A stretch of DNA of 64,000 nt from assembly GCA_965208835.1 (NCBI GenBank), contig OZ242358.1, forward strand, positions 3,104,001-3,168,000. The letters are read 5' to 3'. Positions 7,458 to 16,363 of this stretch are shown in pieces. The DNA is from Candidatus Latescibacterota bacterium (GTDB taxonomy: Bacteria > Latescibacterota > UBA2968 > GCA-2709665). Both the position numbers and the translations under genes were made by a program. Numbering within the stretch: position 1 is the first letter of the stretch; each line of letters opens with the position of its first letter. The notes under the pieces were generated by a model. The model was not told where the DNA came from and made no database searches. It was given only the letters and a program-made list of their open reading frames with translations.

Positions 7458-9891
7458 GGACGATTTCCTCCGGCGTGCGAATGTCAATAGCGGGGTATCC
7501 GCTTTTGCGATTGACCTCGTTGTAGGCTCTGATACGCCGCCAATTCACCATGTGCCTGAAATTCCAGCTTGCCAGAACGTCTGCCTCGGCCAGAGTCGCG
7601 ATGGCAATATGCAGCGCATCGGTCCGGTTTGCCCCACCTATGGCGCCAGCCGCTATGTAGGCATCAGCAAGCTCTCTTGCTTCTCTTGAAACGGCGAGTG
7701 TTTCCGTGTGTCCCTGGGGAACGATGCTGGCCGCCCGCCTGACGGGGGGCGAAGCATCCGCGAGTTCATCCAGGGTGATGTTCGAGATGAGCATCGTGGC
7801 GTCACCCTGGCGAAAGACCTCGAACAACTGCGTCGATTGTTCCCGGAATTCATCGTCGAGACACCCGCCGATCACAGAGGTATCCACGTAGATGCGCGGC
7901 TTGCCGTACAAAGCCGGCGGTTCGCGTATCAACGGCAGATCGCCGAGCAGCCCCTCAGTTTCTTTCTCCAGCGCCAGAATATCCGCACCGATTTCCTCCA
8001 GGGTCCGCATGGGCTGGGGCTTGTAGAAGTATCGCGTGAAGCTGATCTCATAGCCAACTTTTACGCTGTCGGCTTGATACCAGGCGTCAGCGGCGTAGGG
8101 AAGGACTTCCCGCCCCAGGAACGCTTCGATGCCGCCTTCCTCCTGCAGCGGAATCTGCTCGGTGTCGCGCAGTTCGGTGTCCGGTTCGTACTCGACGACC
8201 GCAGGTCTGCCGTTAACGGTAGCCTCAAACCTGCCACGAAGCGGGTCGGCTTCCGTGCCCCTCTTGTGGATCTTCCTGATGACAGGCGGCGCGCTTTCGC
8301 TGCGTTCGCTACTATCCTTGAGTTTCTTGATCTCGGTGGCCTTGTAGGCGCGGTCGGGGTCGATCCCGTCGAGCCGAAGCGGCCGCTCGACCGTCACCTT
8401 CCAGTAGCCGAAGGCGGCGTTGTCGAAGATCTTGCTCTGTTCGGTTTCCTCGAAGGCCAGGAATGTGTCGCAGATGCGCCGGATGTCCTCCTCGCCAAGT
8501 TCGCAGTTCTTCTTGCCCAAATTCTTTCGCAGCGGCCGGTACCACTCGGTGGCATCGATCAACTGCACCTTGCCCCGGCGATGCTCCGGCTTCCGGTTGG
8601 TGATCACCCACACGTAGGTCGCGATGCCGGTGTTGTAGAACATATTGAGCGGTAGCGCGACGATCGCCTCTAGCCAGTCGTTTTCAATGATCCAGCGCCG
8701 GATATTGCTCTCGCCCTGCCCGGCATCGCCGGTGAACAACGAACTGCCGTTGTGCACCTCGGCGATGCGGCTGCCGCCCTCCTTCATCTTGGACAGCTTG
8801 TTGGCGAGGAAGAGCATCTGCCCGTCGCTGGACCGGGTAACGAGCGAATACTCGGGATCGTCCGCGTGCTCGATCACGAACCGCGGGTCCCGCATTTCCT
8901 TCTTGCCGCCCATGCGCTCCAGGTCGGTCTTCCAACTCTTCCCGTAGGGCGGATTGGAGAGCATGAAGTCGAACTCGCGGGACGGGAAGGCGTCGTTGGC
9001 CAGTGTGGAATGCTCCGGACCGCCGACGATGTTATCCGCCGCGTCCCCTTCACCCTTCAGTAGCAGGTCGGCCTTGCAGATGGCGTAGGTCTCGGCGTTG
9101 ATTTCCTGTCCGTACAGGTGCGTTGAGACCTGCTTGTCGCGCTCGGCGGCGAGTTGCTGAAGGACCTCTTCGGCCACGGTCAACATGCCGCCTGTGCCGC
9201 ACGCGCCGTCGTAGATCAGGTAGGTGCTGGATGTAATCTCGTCAGCGACGGGCAGGAAAACCAGCTTCGCCATCAGGGTTACCGCGTCGCGCGGCGTCCA
9301 GTGTTCTCCGGCCTCCTCGTTGTTCTCCTCGTTGAAACGCCGGATCAGCTCCTCGAAGATCGTGCCCATGCCGTGGTTGTCCAGGCCGGGGTGTCTGACC
9401 GAGCCATCGCCGTTGTGCACCGGGGCCGGGCTCAGGTTGACGTCGGGTGTGGTCAGCTTTTCGATCAACGTGCCCAGGGCATCGGCCCTGGAAAGACGGG
9501 GGACCTGGTTTCGGAATTCGAAGTTCTCGAGGATATCCTGGACGTTTGGCGAGAACCCGTCCAGCCAGGCCCTGAAGTCGGCCTCGAGCTGCTGGCGGTT
9601 CGCACGGGCGCGAAGGTCGCGCAGGGTGAACCTGGAGGTATTGTAGAAATCCTGCCCGGCCGCCTGCTTCAATGGCTCCTCCTGGTCGACCAGGCGGATC
9701 TTATCGAGGGAAGCCTGCATGTCCAGGACCGCCTGTTTGCTATCCTCCAGTACCGCGTCGAGACGGCGCAGCACGGTCATCGGCAGGATCACGTCGCGAT
9801 ACTTGCCGCGCACGTACAGGTCGCGGAGGACGTCGTCCGCGATGCCCCAAATGTAGTTCGCGATCCAGTTCAGGTTGGCGCTGGTTGCCAT
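7450..9891 (-). CDS. hsdM: Type I R-M N6-adenine methyltransferase subunit with a C-terminal PIN ribonuclease domain
   Basis: IWGIADDVLRD N-terminus, motif I YDGACGTGGML, catalytic NPPY, GYEISFTRYFY...ALEKETEGLL tail, then in-frame RIYVDTSVIGG...TLDEL...DALHIA...SWNFRH PIN domain. Confidence 0.95.
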   Translation of the reverse strand: MATSANLNWIANYIWGIADDVLRDLYVRGKYRDVILPMTVLRRLDAVLEDSKQAVLDMQASLDKIRLVDQEEPLKQAAGQDFYNTSRFTLRDLRARANRQQLEADFRAWLDGFSPNVQDILENFEFRNQVPRLSRADALGTLIEKLTTPDVNLSPAPVHNGDGSVRHPGLDNHGMGTIFEELIRRFNEENNEEAGEHWTPRDAVTLMAKLVFLPVADEITSSTYLIYDGACGTGGMLTVAEEVLQQLAAERDKQVSTHLYGQEINAETYAICKADLLLKGEGDAADNIVGGPEHSTLANDAFPSREFDFMLSNPPYGKSWKTDLERMGGKKEMRDPRFVIEHADDPEYSLVTRSSDGQMLFLANKLSKMKEGGSRIAEVHNGSSLFTGDAGQGESNIRRWIIENDWLEAIVALPLNMFYNTGIATYVWVITNRKPEHRRGKVQLIDATEWYRPLRKNLGKKNCELGEEDIRRICDTFLAFEETEQSKIFDNAAFGYWKVTVERPLRLDGIDPDRAYKATEIKKLKDSSERSESAPPVIRKIHKRGTEADPLRGRFEATVNGRPAVVEYEPDTELRDTEQIPLQEEGGIEAFLGREVLPYAADAWYQADSVKVGYEISFTRYFYKPQPMRTLEEIGADILALEKETEGLLGDLPLIREPPALYGKPRIYVDTSVIGGCLDDEFREQSTQLFEVFRQGDATMLISNITLDELADASPPVRRAASIVPQGHTETLAVSREARELADAYIAAGAIGGANRTDALHIAIATLAEADVLASWNFRHMVNWRRIRAYNEVNRKSGYPAIDIRTPEEIVHD

Positions 9892-9906
9892 CGGAATTCC
9901 TTGCAC

Positions 9907-9930
9907 GGGCGACCGGCCAGTCGCCCCTAC
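9907..9930 (-). repeat. REP palindrome ~15 nt upstream of the hsdM start
   Basis: GTAGGGGCGACTGGCCGGTCGCCC on the minus strand; same family as the RAYT REPs. Confidence 0.88.
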
Positions 9931-10025
9931 CGGTGATCAATACACCCGGTTGGCGTCTGTCCTAACTAAATAAAGGCGAATCACCGCTGGGGCGTCGCCT
10001 TCGTCGATGAAACTCTCCGCTCCTC

Positions 10026-11195
10026 TCACCCCCGGTTTCCTCCTCCCCATGCGGACGAGAACTGATCGCCCTCCAGGAATCTGCTGGGACGGAACGGATG
10101 CAGATCGAACGCGGGGGTCCGGCCGAGAATCGCGTCGGTCAGCGAATCGGCGATCGGCGGACCCAGCTTGAACCCGTGCCCGCTCCCGCCGAAGAAGGCA
10201 TAGTAGCCCTCCAGCCCCGGCTCGGCTCCGACCAGGGGATGCCAGTCGTCCGTAATGGTATAGACCGAAGCCCAGCCCTTCACGTATTCGCCCTGCCGGA
10301 ACGCCGGCACCCGTTCGAAGGTCCCCGACTCGATGCGCCGTCGCGTCGGCTCGTCCAGATCCGGATCGTACGCGTCCACGTCCATCGGCTCCACCTCTTT
10401 GGGAAAGCTCAATCCGGCGAGCAGCCCGTTTTCGCCGTCGGGACGAAAATAGACCCTGAGATTGGGATCGGAAACCACGGGAAACCGCCCGTATCCCTCC
10501 GGCAATCGCAGAACCAGATCGCTCTCCCGGCTCCATCGCAGCGAATAGTTCAAGCCCGCGGACAATCCCATTTGCCGGCCCCATGGACCTGCCGCGTTGA
10601 TTACCAGGTCCGTCCGGATTTCGCCCGCGTCCGTCTCCACCCCGGTCACACGGTCTCCGGACATGCGAATCCTTGTCGCCCCCACCCCCTCGTGACACGC
10701 CAGGCCCCAGTCAGCGGCGCGCGTCACCAGATTCCGGACCGTCCGGACGGGGTCCGCGTACCCCGACGCGGGTTCATAGATGCCCGAGACGATCCCATCC
10801 GGGTTCACGCCGGGGACGAGTTCCCCGATCTCATCCGCTTCCACCTCCACGGCCCGGGTGTGATTCCGCTGCTCCGCCTCCAGCACCGCCAGGCCGGCGG
10901 CGGCAGTATCGTCACCCAGAAGACAGATATAGCCCGTATTGCGAAAGTCGCAATCTCCCCCCAGCGCCTCCGGTCCGTTCGCGAACATCTCCAACGCCTT
11001 CATGGACAGCTGGATGGTCAGGTCGTTCGAATAAAAAGTGCGGATCACCGCGGCCGAATGTCCCGTGCTCACGGCGGCCAGCGAACGTTTTTCCAGGAGC
11101 ACGACAGCACCCAGACCCTTTTTTGCGAGAAAATGGGCCGCGCTGGCCCCCATGATACCGCCCCCGATCACAACCGCATCCGCAACCTTTACCAT
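10026..11195 (-). CDS. FAD-dependent oxidoreductase (DAO/sarcosine oxidase beta-like)
   Basis: VIGGGIMG Rossmann motif, STGHSAAVIR, NAAGPW, GGSGHGFKLGP. Confidence 0.9.
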   Translation of the reverse strand: MVKVADAVVIGGGIMGASAAHFLAKKGLGAVVLLEKRSLAAVSTGHSAAVIRTFYSNDLTIQLSMKALEMFANGPEALGGDCDFRNTGYICLLGDDTAAAGLAVLEAEQRNHTRAVEVEADEIGELVPGVNPDGIVSGIYEPASGYADPVRTVRNLVTRAADWGLACHEGVGATRIRMSGDRVTGVETDAGEIRTDLVINAAGPWGRQMGLSAGLNYSLRWSRESDLVLRLPEGYGRFPVVSDPNLRVYFRPDGENGLLAGLSFPKEVEPMDVDAYDPDLDEPTRRRIESGTFERVPAFRQGEYVKGWASVYTITDDWHPLVGAEPGLEGYYAFFGGSGHGFKLGPPIADSLTDAILGRTPAFDLHPFRPSRFLEGDQFSSAWGGGNRG

Positions 11196-11253
11196 CTGTA
11201 TGACTCCTGTAAGACCCGTTACACCGGCTCACGTTCCCGTCTCGCAACAAGGG

Positions 11254-11655
11254 TCAGACCTTCACGAAGACCATCGTAACTTGCGACCCGCCTAGCGAGG
11301 AAGTCAATGTCAACTCATTCCCGCTGATGGTGGCATTGGTTCCAATAAGACCCAGTGTCGCTGCTTCCTGAAATAATATACTCGATCCTTCTATTGCGTA
11401 CGTACCGTCGGAAAATCGATCTTCCATTCCAAGCGTCGGGACACTCAGACTCATCGAAAAATCACCCGTTGTCGACAGAACAAGCGTCCCAATCGCTTCA
11501 GGCGGACGAAGCGTCTGTGTCTGTGAACCACCCACCAGCTGAATCTCACGGAGCGTATAGGTGCCTGCAAGCGTATCGTAGTTCAGCGGATTGTCTTCTC
11601 CGCAGGACATGAAAAGCAATGCCACGACAAACATAAACGGTTTGAACCTTCTCAT
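11254..11655 (-). CDS. Lipoprotein, lipocalin-like beta-barrel
   Basis: Lipobox-like LFMSC, LAGTYTL motif, GTYAIEGS, C-terminal VTMVFVK. Confidence 0.7.
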   Translation of the reverse strand: MRRFKPFMFVVALLFMSCGEDNPLNYDTLAGTYTLREIQLVGGSQTQTLRPPEAIGTLVLSTTGDFSMSLSVPTLGMEDRFSDGTYAIEGSSILFQEAATLGLIGTNATISGNELTLTSSLGGSQVTMVFVKV

Positions 11656-11690
11656 CGCGCGCCTCCGGACCCGGCTGTTTTATTGGAAAT

Positions 11691-12554
11691 CTAACGAATG
11701 ATCTCTTCCAGATACGCCTTGGCCGCAAGCAGCCCCTCCTGATTCAAAGCGGTGCTGCCCATAAAGCGGTCGTCTTCCAGCTCGATTGCAAGCGGGCCGT
11801 CATAGCCGAACTCTTCCAGCCGTGCCACAATCCATATCCAATCGGCCTCTCCCCATCCGGGAATGCAGTACCGCCACCAGCCTTCCCCGTGTCCATACCT
11901 CTTTCCGAAGCTCTGTCCGAGGCTGCCGTACAGGTAAAGGCCGTCTGACAGCAGCTCCGTGTCTTTGGCATGCACGTGCCGGACGCGGTCTCCGAATTCC
12001 ATCAACAGGCGCTGATAGTCCACACCGATCCGGATGAAATGCGACGGGTCATAGCAGATCCCAAGATGAGGCGAAGGCACGACCTCGAATACGGCCCGAA
12101 GCGTCTCCGGCGTACATCCCAGATTGCCGTAGCCCGGCCCGCCTCCAGGATAGGGTTCGATGGCCAGATGCACATTCTGCTGTTCCGCATAGTCCACCAC
12201 CCCGGGATAAACGGCTTTGAAGATCTCGAAACTGTCGGACCGGGACTGCATGCCGTCGTCCGGCGCCAGGCAGAGAAACACAACGCCGGAACCGTGGACA
12301 CCCGTATCGTGAATGCGCCGCTTCATGGCTGCGACCGCCCTCTTGCGCACCTCGGCGTCCTGACTCAGCAGGCCTCCACCCACACCCCAGTCGACGGTAC
12401 CGATCGCCAGCTCCGCCCTGTCGAAGGTCCCGCGAACCCCGGCGTCGACTTCCGGCACATCCACAGACCCGAAACCGCATTCACTCGCCCACGCCACCAC
12501 ACCCTCGAGACCCAATTCCCTTCCCATTGGCGGTATCCGCATCCCAACGTGCAT
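11691..12554 (-). CDS. Sugar phosphate isomerase/epimerase (xylose isomerase-like TIM barrel)
   Basis: LAIEPYP, YDPSHF, HVHAKD, YDGPLAIELED metal ligands; GGAGG RBS before ATG 12554. Confidence 0.88.
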   Translation of the reverse strand: MHVGMRIPPMGRELGLEGVVAWASECGFGSVDVPEVDAGVRGTFDRAELAIGTVDWGVGGGLLSQDAEVRKRAVAAMKRRIHDTGVHGSGVVFLCLAPDDGMQSRSDSFEIFKAVYPGVVDYAEQQNVHLAIEPYPGGGPGYGNLGCTPETLRAVFEVVPSPHLGICYDPSHFIRIGVDYQRLLMEFGDRVRHVHAKDTELLSDGLYLYGSLGQSFGKRYGHGEGWWRYCIPGWGEADWIWIVARLEEFGYDGPLAIELEDDRFMGSTALNQEGLLAAKAYLEEIIR

Positions 12555-12577
12555 AACACCCTCCGTAAAATTCGTGA

Positions 12578-13483
12578 TTAAACCGACCAAAGGTCGCTGA
12601 TCTCGGCAAGAATCGCATCGAGTTCAGCGTGATCGTGCGCATCCAGCGGGCCGGTCGCGGCGGTCCTGACGTGGGCCGACCGGATCACCCCGCGGCGGCG
12701 GAGCACCTCTTTGTAACCCTGTACGCTGTGCAGCGATTCAAAATTCAACAGCGGCAACAGGCGGTTGAATGCCTCGCGTGCGCCGGACGCGTCGCCCGCC
12801 TGCCAGGCATTCCATACCGCAGTATGCATGTCGGGGACGTCGCAGGCCGGCATGGTTCCGGCCGCGCCCCGACTCATTTCGTCAATCAGGAATCGTCCGG
12901 CCGCACCCCCGAACACGCCCTCCACCGATTTCCCGCAGGCAGCGATATCCGCGGAAACGGAGTGCGTGACCGGCGGGACTTCCTCCTTGACGTAAAGCAC
13001 CCGTTCGATCTCGCGCGCAAGCTGACCCAACAACGCGGATGACAATGGCACGCCGATTGGCAGCGGATAGTTCTGTACGAATATCGGCAGTTCGGTCGTC
13101 CGGGAAATCGCTTCGTAATACGCCCTCACGCCATCGGCCGCAGGCTTGGACACATAGGGTGGCATGGCGATCACGGCGTCGGCGCCGGCGTCGGCCGCAT
13201 GTTGCGCCAGCCACACAGCCACCTGGGAACTCACTCCGGACGCGCCAGCGACGAAAGGCAGCCGGCCCCGCGCCGTCCTGCCCACGACCTCGATCACGCG
13301 AAGCCGTTCCGGGTCGGACAACGCGCTGAATTCGCTTGCGTTTGCCGGCGTGACCAGCCCATGCGCGCCCGCCGCGATCGAGAATTCCACCACGGACCTC
13401 AACCCGTCTTCGTCAAGCGATCCATCGTCCGAAAACGGCGTTGCCAGGATGACGAACACCCCCCGAAAGGGCCGCCCCGCCAT
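12578..13483 (-). CDS. Dihydrodipicolinate synthase family aldolase/dehydratase
   Basis: GVFVILATPF..DG.LD, MPPY, Schiff-base Lys in YVKEE; non-canonical PANASE in place of GTTGE. Confidence 0.88.
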   Translation of the reverse strand: MAGRPFRGVFVILATPFSDDGSLDEDGLRSVVEFSIAAGAHGLVTPANASEFSALSDPERLRVIEVVGRTARGRLPFVAGASGVSSQVAVWLAQHAADAGADAVIAMPPYVSKPAADGVRAYYEAISRTTELPIFVQNYPLPIGVPLSSALLGQLAREIERVLYVKEEVPPVTHSVSADIAACGKSVEGVFGGAAGRFLIDEMSRGAAGTMPACDVPDMHTAVWNAWQAGDASGAREAFNRLLPLLNFESLHSVQGYKEVLRRRGVIRSAHVRTAATGPLDAHDHAELDAILAEISDLWSV

Positions 13484-13537
13484 TCATCTGCCTTTCGCTC
13501 GATGTTGACGTTCAACCCGACCTGAAACCCCCATTCA

Positions 13538-13565
13538 ATGGTAAGGTTGAGACGGCGGATGTCAA
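13538..13565 (-). promoter_or_regulatory. Sigma70-like promoter of the DHDPS-family operon
   Basis: TTGACA-N16-TACCAT on the minus strand. Confidence 0.5.
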
Positions 13566-13590
13566 GCGGAAAATCCCCCCGATAATTCGA

Positions 13591-13619
13591 TTGACTTACA
13601 CCGGACCCCGTCCTACCAT
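13591..13619 (+). promoter_or_regulatory. Sigma70-like promoter upstream of MITE-A and the nucleotidyltransferase
   Basis: TTGACT-N17-TACCAT. Confidence 0.55.
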
Positions 13620-13629
13620 ATCCAAATTA

Positions 13630-13791
13630 GAAGCTGTCTCAAAATTCCCAGCGGTCTTCGCACGGCTGCAAAAGCGCCGGTCGGCGTTGGTCAAACCCAC
13701 CCGTATAGAAAAATATGGGAGGATTTTCCCGCCTTGACCGCCACTTTTTCGCTCGCGCTCGGGAACCCACCGGTAATTTTAAGACAGCTTC
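13630..13791. mobile_element. MITE family A, copy 1 (162 bp)
   Basis: 17-bp TIR GAAGCTGTCTCAAAATT / AATTTTAAGACAGCTTC, flanked by TTA and TAA; three further copies in the window. Confidence 0.88.
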
Positions 13792-13825
13792 TAACGGGCA
13801 CAAACTACCATTCGCCGGGTTGCCG

Positions 13826-14563
13826 ATGCGGGTCGATCCACGGAAACTGCAGGAACTGCAATGCTTCATGGAAGCGCTCGAACCCGGCGGTCCGCCGAGG
13901 GCGGCCTTTTTACGGAGAGCGGCGAAGGGTCTCGACCGGTCCGGTGGCAACCTGGTTGTGATGGATGCTTCCTTCAACCCGATGACCGTTGCACACGAAG
14001 CCATGCTGAAACGGGCGGCAGAAACCTGCGGGGCCGCCGAAGCTCTGCTGTTGCTGTCTCACGCAAACGTGGACAAGGCCATCTACGGGGTGCCGCTGGC
14101 GCAGCGCCTGGCCATGCTCGAACACTACGCCGGACCGTATCCAAACGTTTCCGTCGCCGGTTGCAGCCACGCCAGATTCGTGGATAAAGCCAGTGCCCTT
14201 CGCCCGCTCTATCCGAAATCGACCGGACTGTTCTTCGTCGTCGGCTACGATACGCTTTTGAGGCTGTTCGACCGCAGGTACTATACGAACATGCCGAATG
14301 AGCTGTCCGCACTCTTTGACGTCGCCCACATCGTGGCCGCCAACCGCGACAATATCGACCCGAATGCCATACGGAGACTGAAGACCGGATCGGAATATGC
14401 CGCCTTTGCAGACCGAATCCATTTTATCGCGCTTGAACGCGTTTATTCGCGCATTTCCTCCACGGCAGTCAGGACACTTAAGGAAAAAGGCAACTACATC
14501 GGCCACCTCGTACCGTCCCGGATCGCGGACGCCATCGCCGCGTTGGACCTGTATCGCGCGTGA
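13826..14563 (+). CDS. Nicotinamide/nicotinate-nucleotide adenylyltransferase-like (Pof1-like) nucleotidyltransferase
   Basis: DASFNPMTVAH, NVDK, FVDK, GYDT, ISSTAVR motifs; the track ORF start at 13715 lies inside the MITE. Confidence 0.8.
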   Translation: MRVDPRKLQELQCFMEALEPGGPPRAAFLRRAAKGLDRSGGNLVVMDASFNPMTVAHEAMLKRAAETCGAAEALLLLSHANVDKAIYGVPLAQRLAMLEHYAGPYPNVSVAGCSHARFVDKASALRPLYPKSTGLFFVVGYDTLLRLFDRRYYTNMPNELSALFDVAHIVAANRDNIDPNAIRRLKTGSEYAAFADRIHFIALERVYSRISSTAVRTLKEKGNYIGHLVPSRIADAIAALDLYRA

Positions 14564-14669
14564 CGGCGCAAAGGGCTTTCCTCGGCGGAGACGGACGCCC
14601 TTCCCGGACCGGTTATGCCTGTAAACTGTTGACTGATAGAAACCCTCGAAAGTTCCATTGGAGGCGTGC

Positions 14670-16301
14670 ATGAACGGTGCGGACCTGCTGGTGGCGGAAC
14701 TTCAGAAGAAAGGCGTCGGCTTCGTCGCAACCCTCTGCGGGCATGGCCTGGACGACCTGGACGACGCCTGTGACCGGGCGGGAATGCGGCTTGTGGACGT
14801 GCGCAACGAACAGACCGCGGGATATATCGCCGAAGCCGTCGGACGTCTCAGCCGCACCGTGGGCGTATGCGCTGTAAGCAGCGGCGTGGCGCACGTGAAC
14901 GCACTCACCGGGGTCTGCAACGCGTATTTCGACGGCGCCCCGATGCTCCTAATCACCGGAAGCGGACCATCGGGCACGGCGGGACTCGGTCATTTTCAGG
15001 ACCTGGACCAGGTCGCCATCGCGGCGCCCCTTTGCAAATACGCGGAGACCATCCACCGTCCGGAGCGAATCCCGCAGATGCTGCACGATGCCTTCGAAGC
15101 CGCGACGTCGGGCAGGCCCGGACCCGTACACCTGACGGTCCCCCAGGACGTCCTCTGCGCCGAGATTCATACCGACGCCATCATCCGCGTTCACGCCGCC
15201 GGCCATCCCGCGCCCACCATCGCCGCGGGGCATCCTGGAGAAATCGACCGCATCGCCGACCTGATTTCACAGGCGGCCCGCCCGCTTCTGGTGGCCGGCG
15301 GCGGTACACACTACGCGGACGGCGGCGCGGCGGTGACCGAGTTCACCCGAACCCTTGGCGTTCCCGTGGTGGTGCCGATCTGGGACCGGGGCGCTATCAT
15401 TCAACCCATCGAGACCTTTATGGGCGTGGTCGGCGCGGCAAGCGGCGGTCCCCGCCTCCTGCCGGATGCAGACCTGGTTCTGCTGGCCGGCGCGGTCTGC
15501 GATTACCGGGTCGGCTACCTTCAGCCGCCCGCCGTGCACCCCGATGCAACCATCGTGCGCATCCACGCGGATGCCTTTCATCTCAACCAGGGCGCGGGCG
15601 CCCACGTTCGCGTGGCGGCCGATCCGGGTTCCGCGCTCACCCAGTTGACCGAGGCCGCAAAATCACGAGAAATCCTGCCCGGGACGGCCTGGCTGGAGGA
15701 AGCCGCCGGGCGCCGGGACGCGTTTCGCCGGCGGTGTCTGGCCGCACGCAAGGGAAACGGCCTGCACGCGCTGGATATCATCCACGCCGTACAGGCCGTC
15801 CTGACCGACGACACGATTGTCATCATCGACGGAGGCAATATCGGTCAGTGGGCCCACCAGGCCCTCTGCGACAGGTATCCGGGCCACTGGCTCACCTGCG
15901 GCGCCAGCGGCGTTGTCGGCTACGGTATTCCGGCTGCGATGGCCGCGCGCCTCCTGTATCCGGACCGGCACGTCATCCTCATTTCCGGCGACGGCGCGCT
16001 GACGTTCACGGTTGCCGAACTCGAAGCCGCCGCCAGGCAGGGCCTGCCCTTTGTGGTTCTGCTCGCCGACGACGAAGCGTGGGGCATCACACTCACGGGG
16101 CACGAGGCGCGTTACGGCCGCGGGATTACCTCGGAACTGGGTCCGATCGACTACCCGGGGATGGCGGAAGCCTTTGGCGCCAGTGGCGTTCGCATTGAAC
16201 GCGCCGGCCAGATCCTGCCCGCGTTGAGGGACGGCCTGGACGCGGAACAACCCACGCTCATTCACGTGCCGGTGGCCCGGAGCAGCCCCGCCGACGAATA
16301 G
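14670..16301 (+). CDS. Thiamine pyrophosphate-dependent enzyme (acetolactate synthase-like)
   Basis: VRNEQTAGYIA, GRPGPVHL, SGDGA TPP motif; GGAGG RBS. Confidence 0.9.
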   Translation: MNGADLLVAELQKKGVGFVATLCGHGLDDLDDACDRAGMRLVDVRNEQTAGYIAEAVGRLSRTVGVCAVSSGVAHVNALTGVCNAYFDGAPMLLITGSGPSGTAGLGHFQDLDQVAIAAPLCKYAETIHRPERIPQMLHDAFEAATSGRPGPVHLTVPQDVLCAEIHTDAIIRVHAAGHPAPTIAAGHPGEIDRIADLISQAARPLLVAGGGTHYADGGAAVTEFTRTLGVPVVVPIWDRGAIIQPIETFMGVVGAASGGPRLLPDADLVLLAGAVCDYRVGYLQPPAVHPDATIVRIHADAFHLNQGAGAHVRVAADPGSALTQLTEAAKSREILPGTAWLEEAAGRRDAFRRRCLAARKGNGLHALDIIHAVQAVLTDDTIVIIDGGNIGQWAHQALCDRYPGHWLTCGASGVVGYGIPAAMAARLLYPDRHVILISGDGALTFTVAELEAAARQGLPFVVLLADDEAWGITLTGHEARYGRGITSELGPIDYPGMAEAFGASGVRIERAGQILPALRDGLDAEQPTLIHVPVARSSPADE

Positions 16302-16363
16302 CCGCCGCCGTCGGTTGGAAGGCAAGCCGCTGCATCTGCAGTCGGATTTCGAGGGCTTCGGTC

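Noticed and set aside
13639-14004. ORFs containing EAVLKLPV...RRENPP (also 24109-24297, 43953-44153) and MGGFSRLDRHFF extensions
   Set aside because: Translations of MITE-A, not genes.
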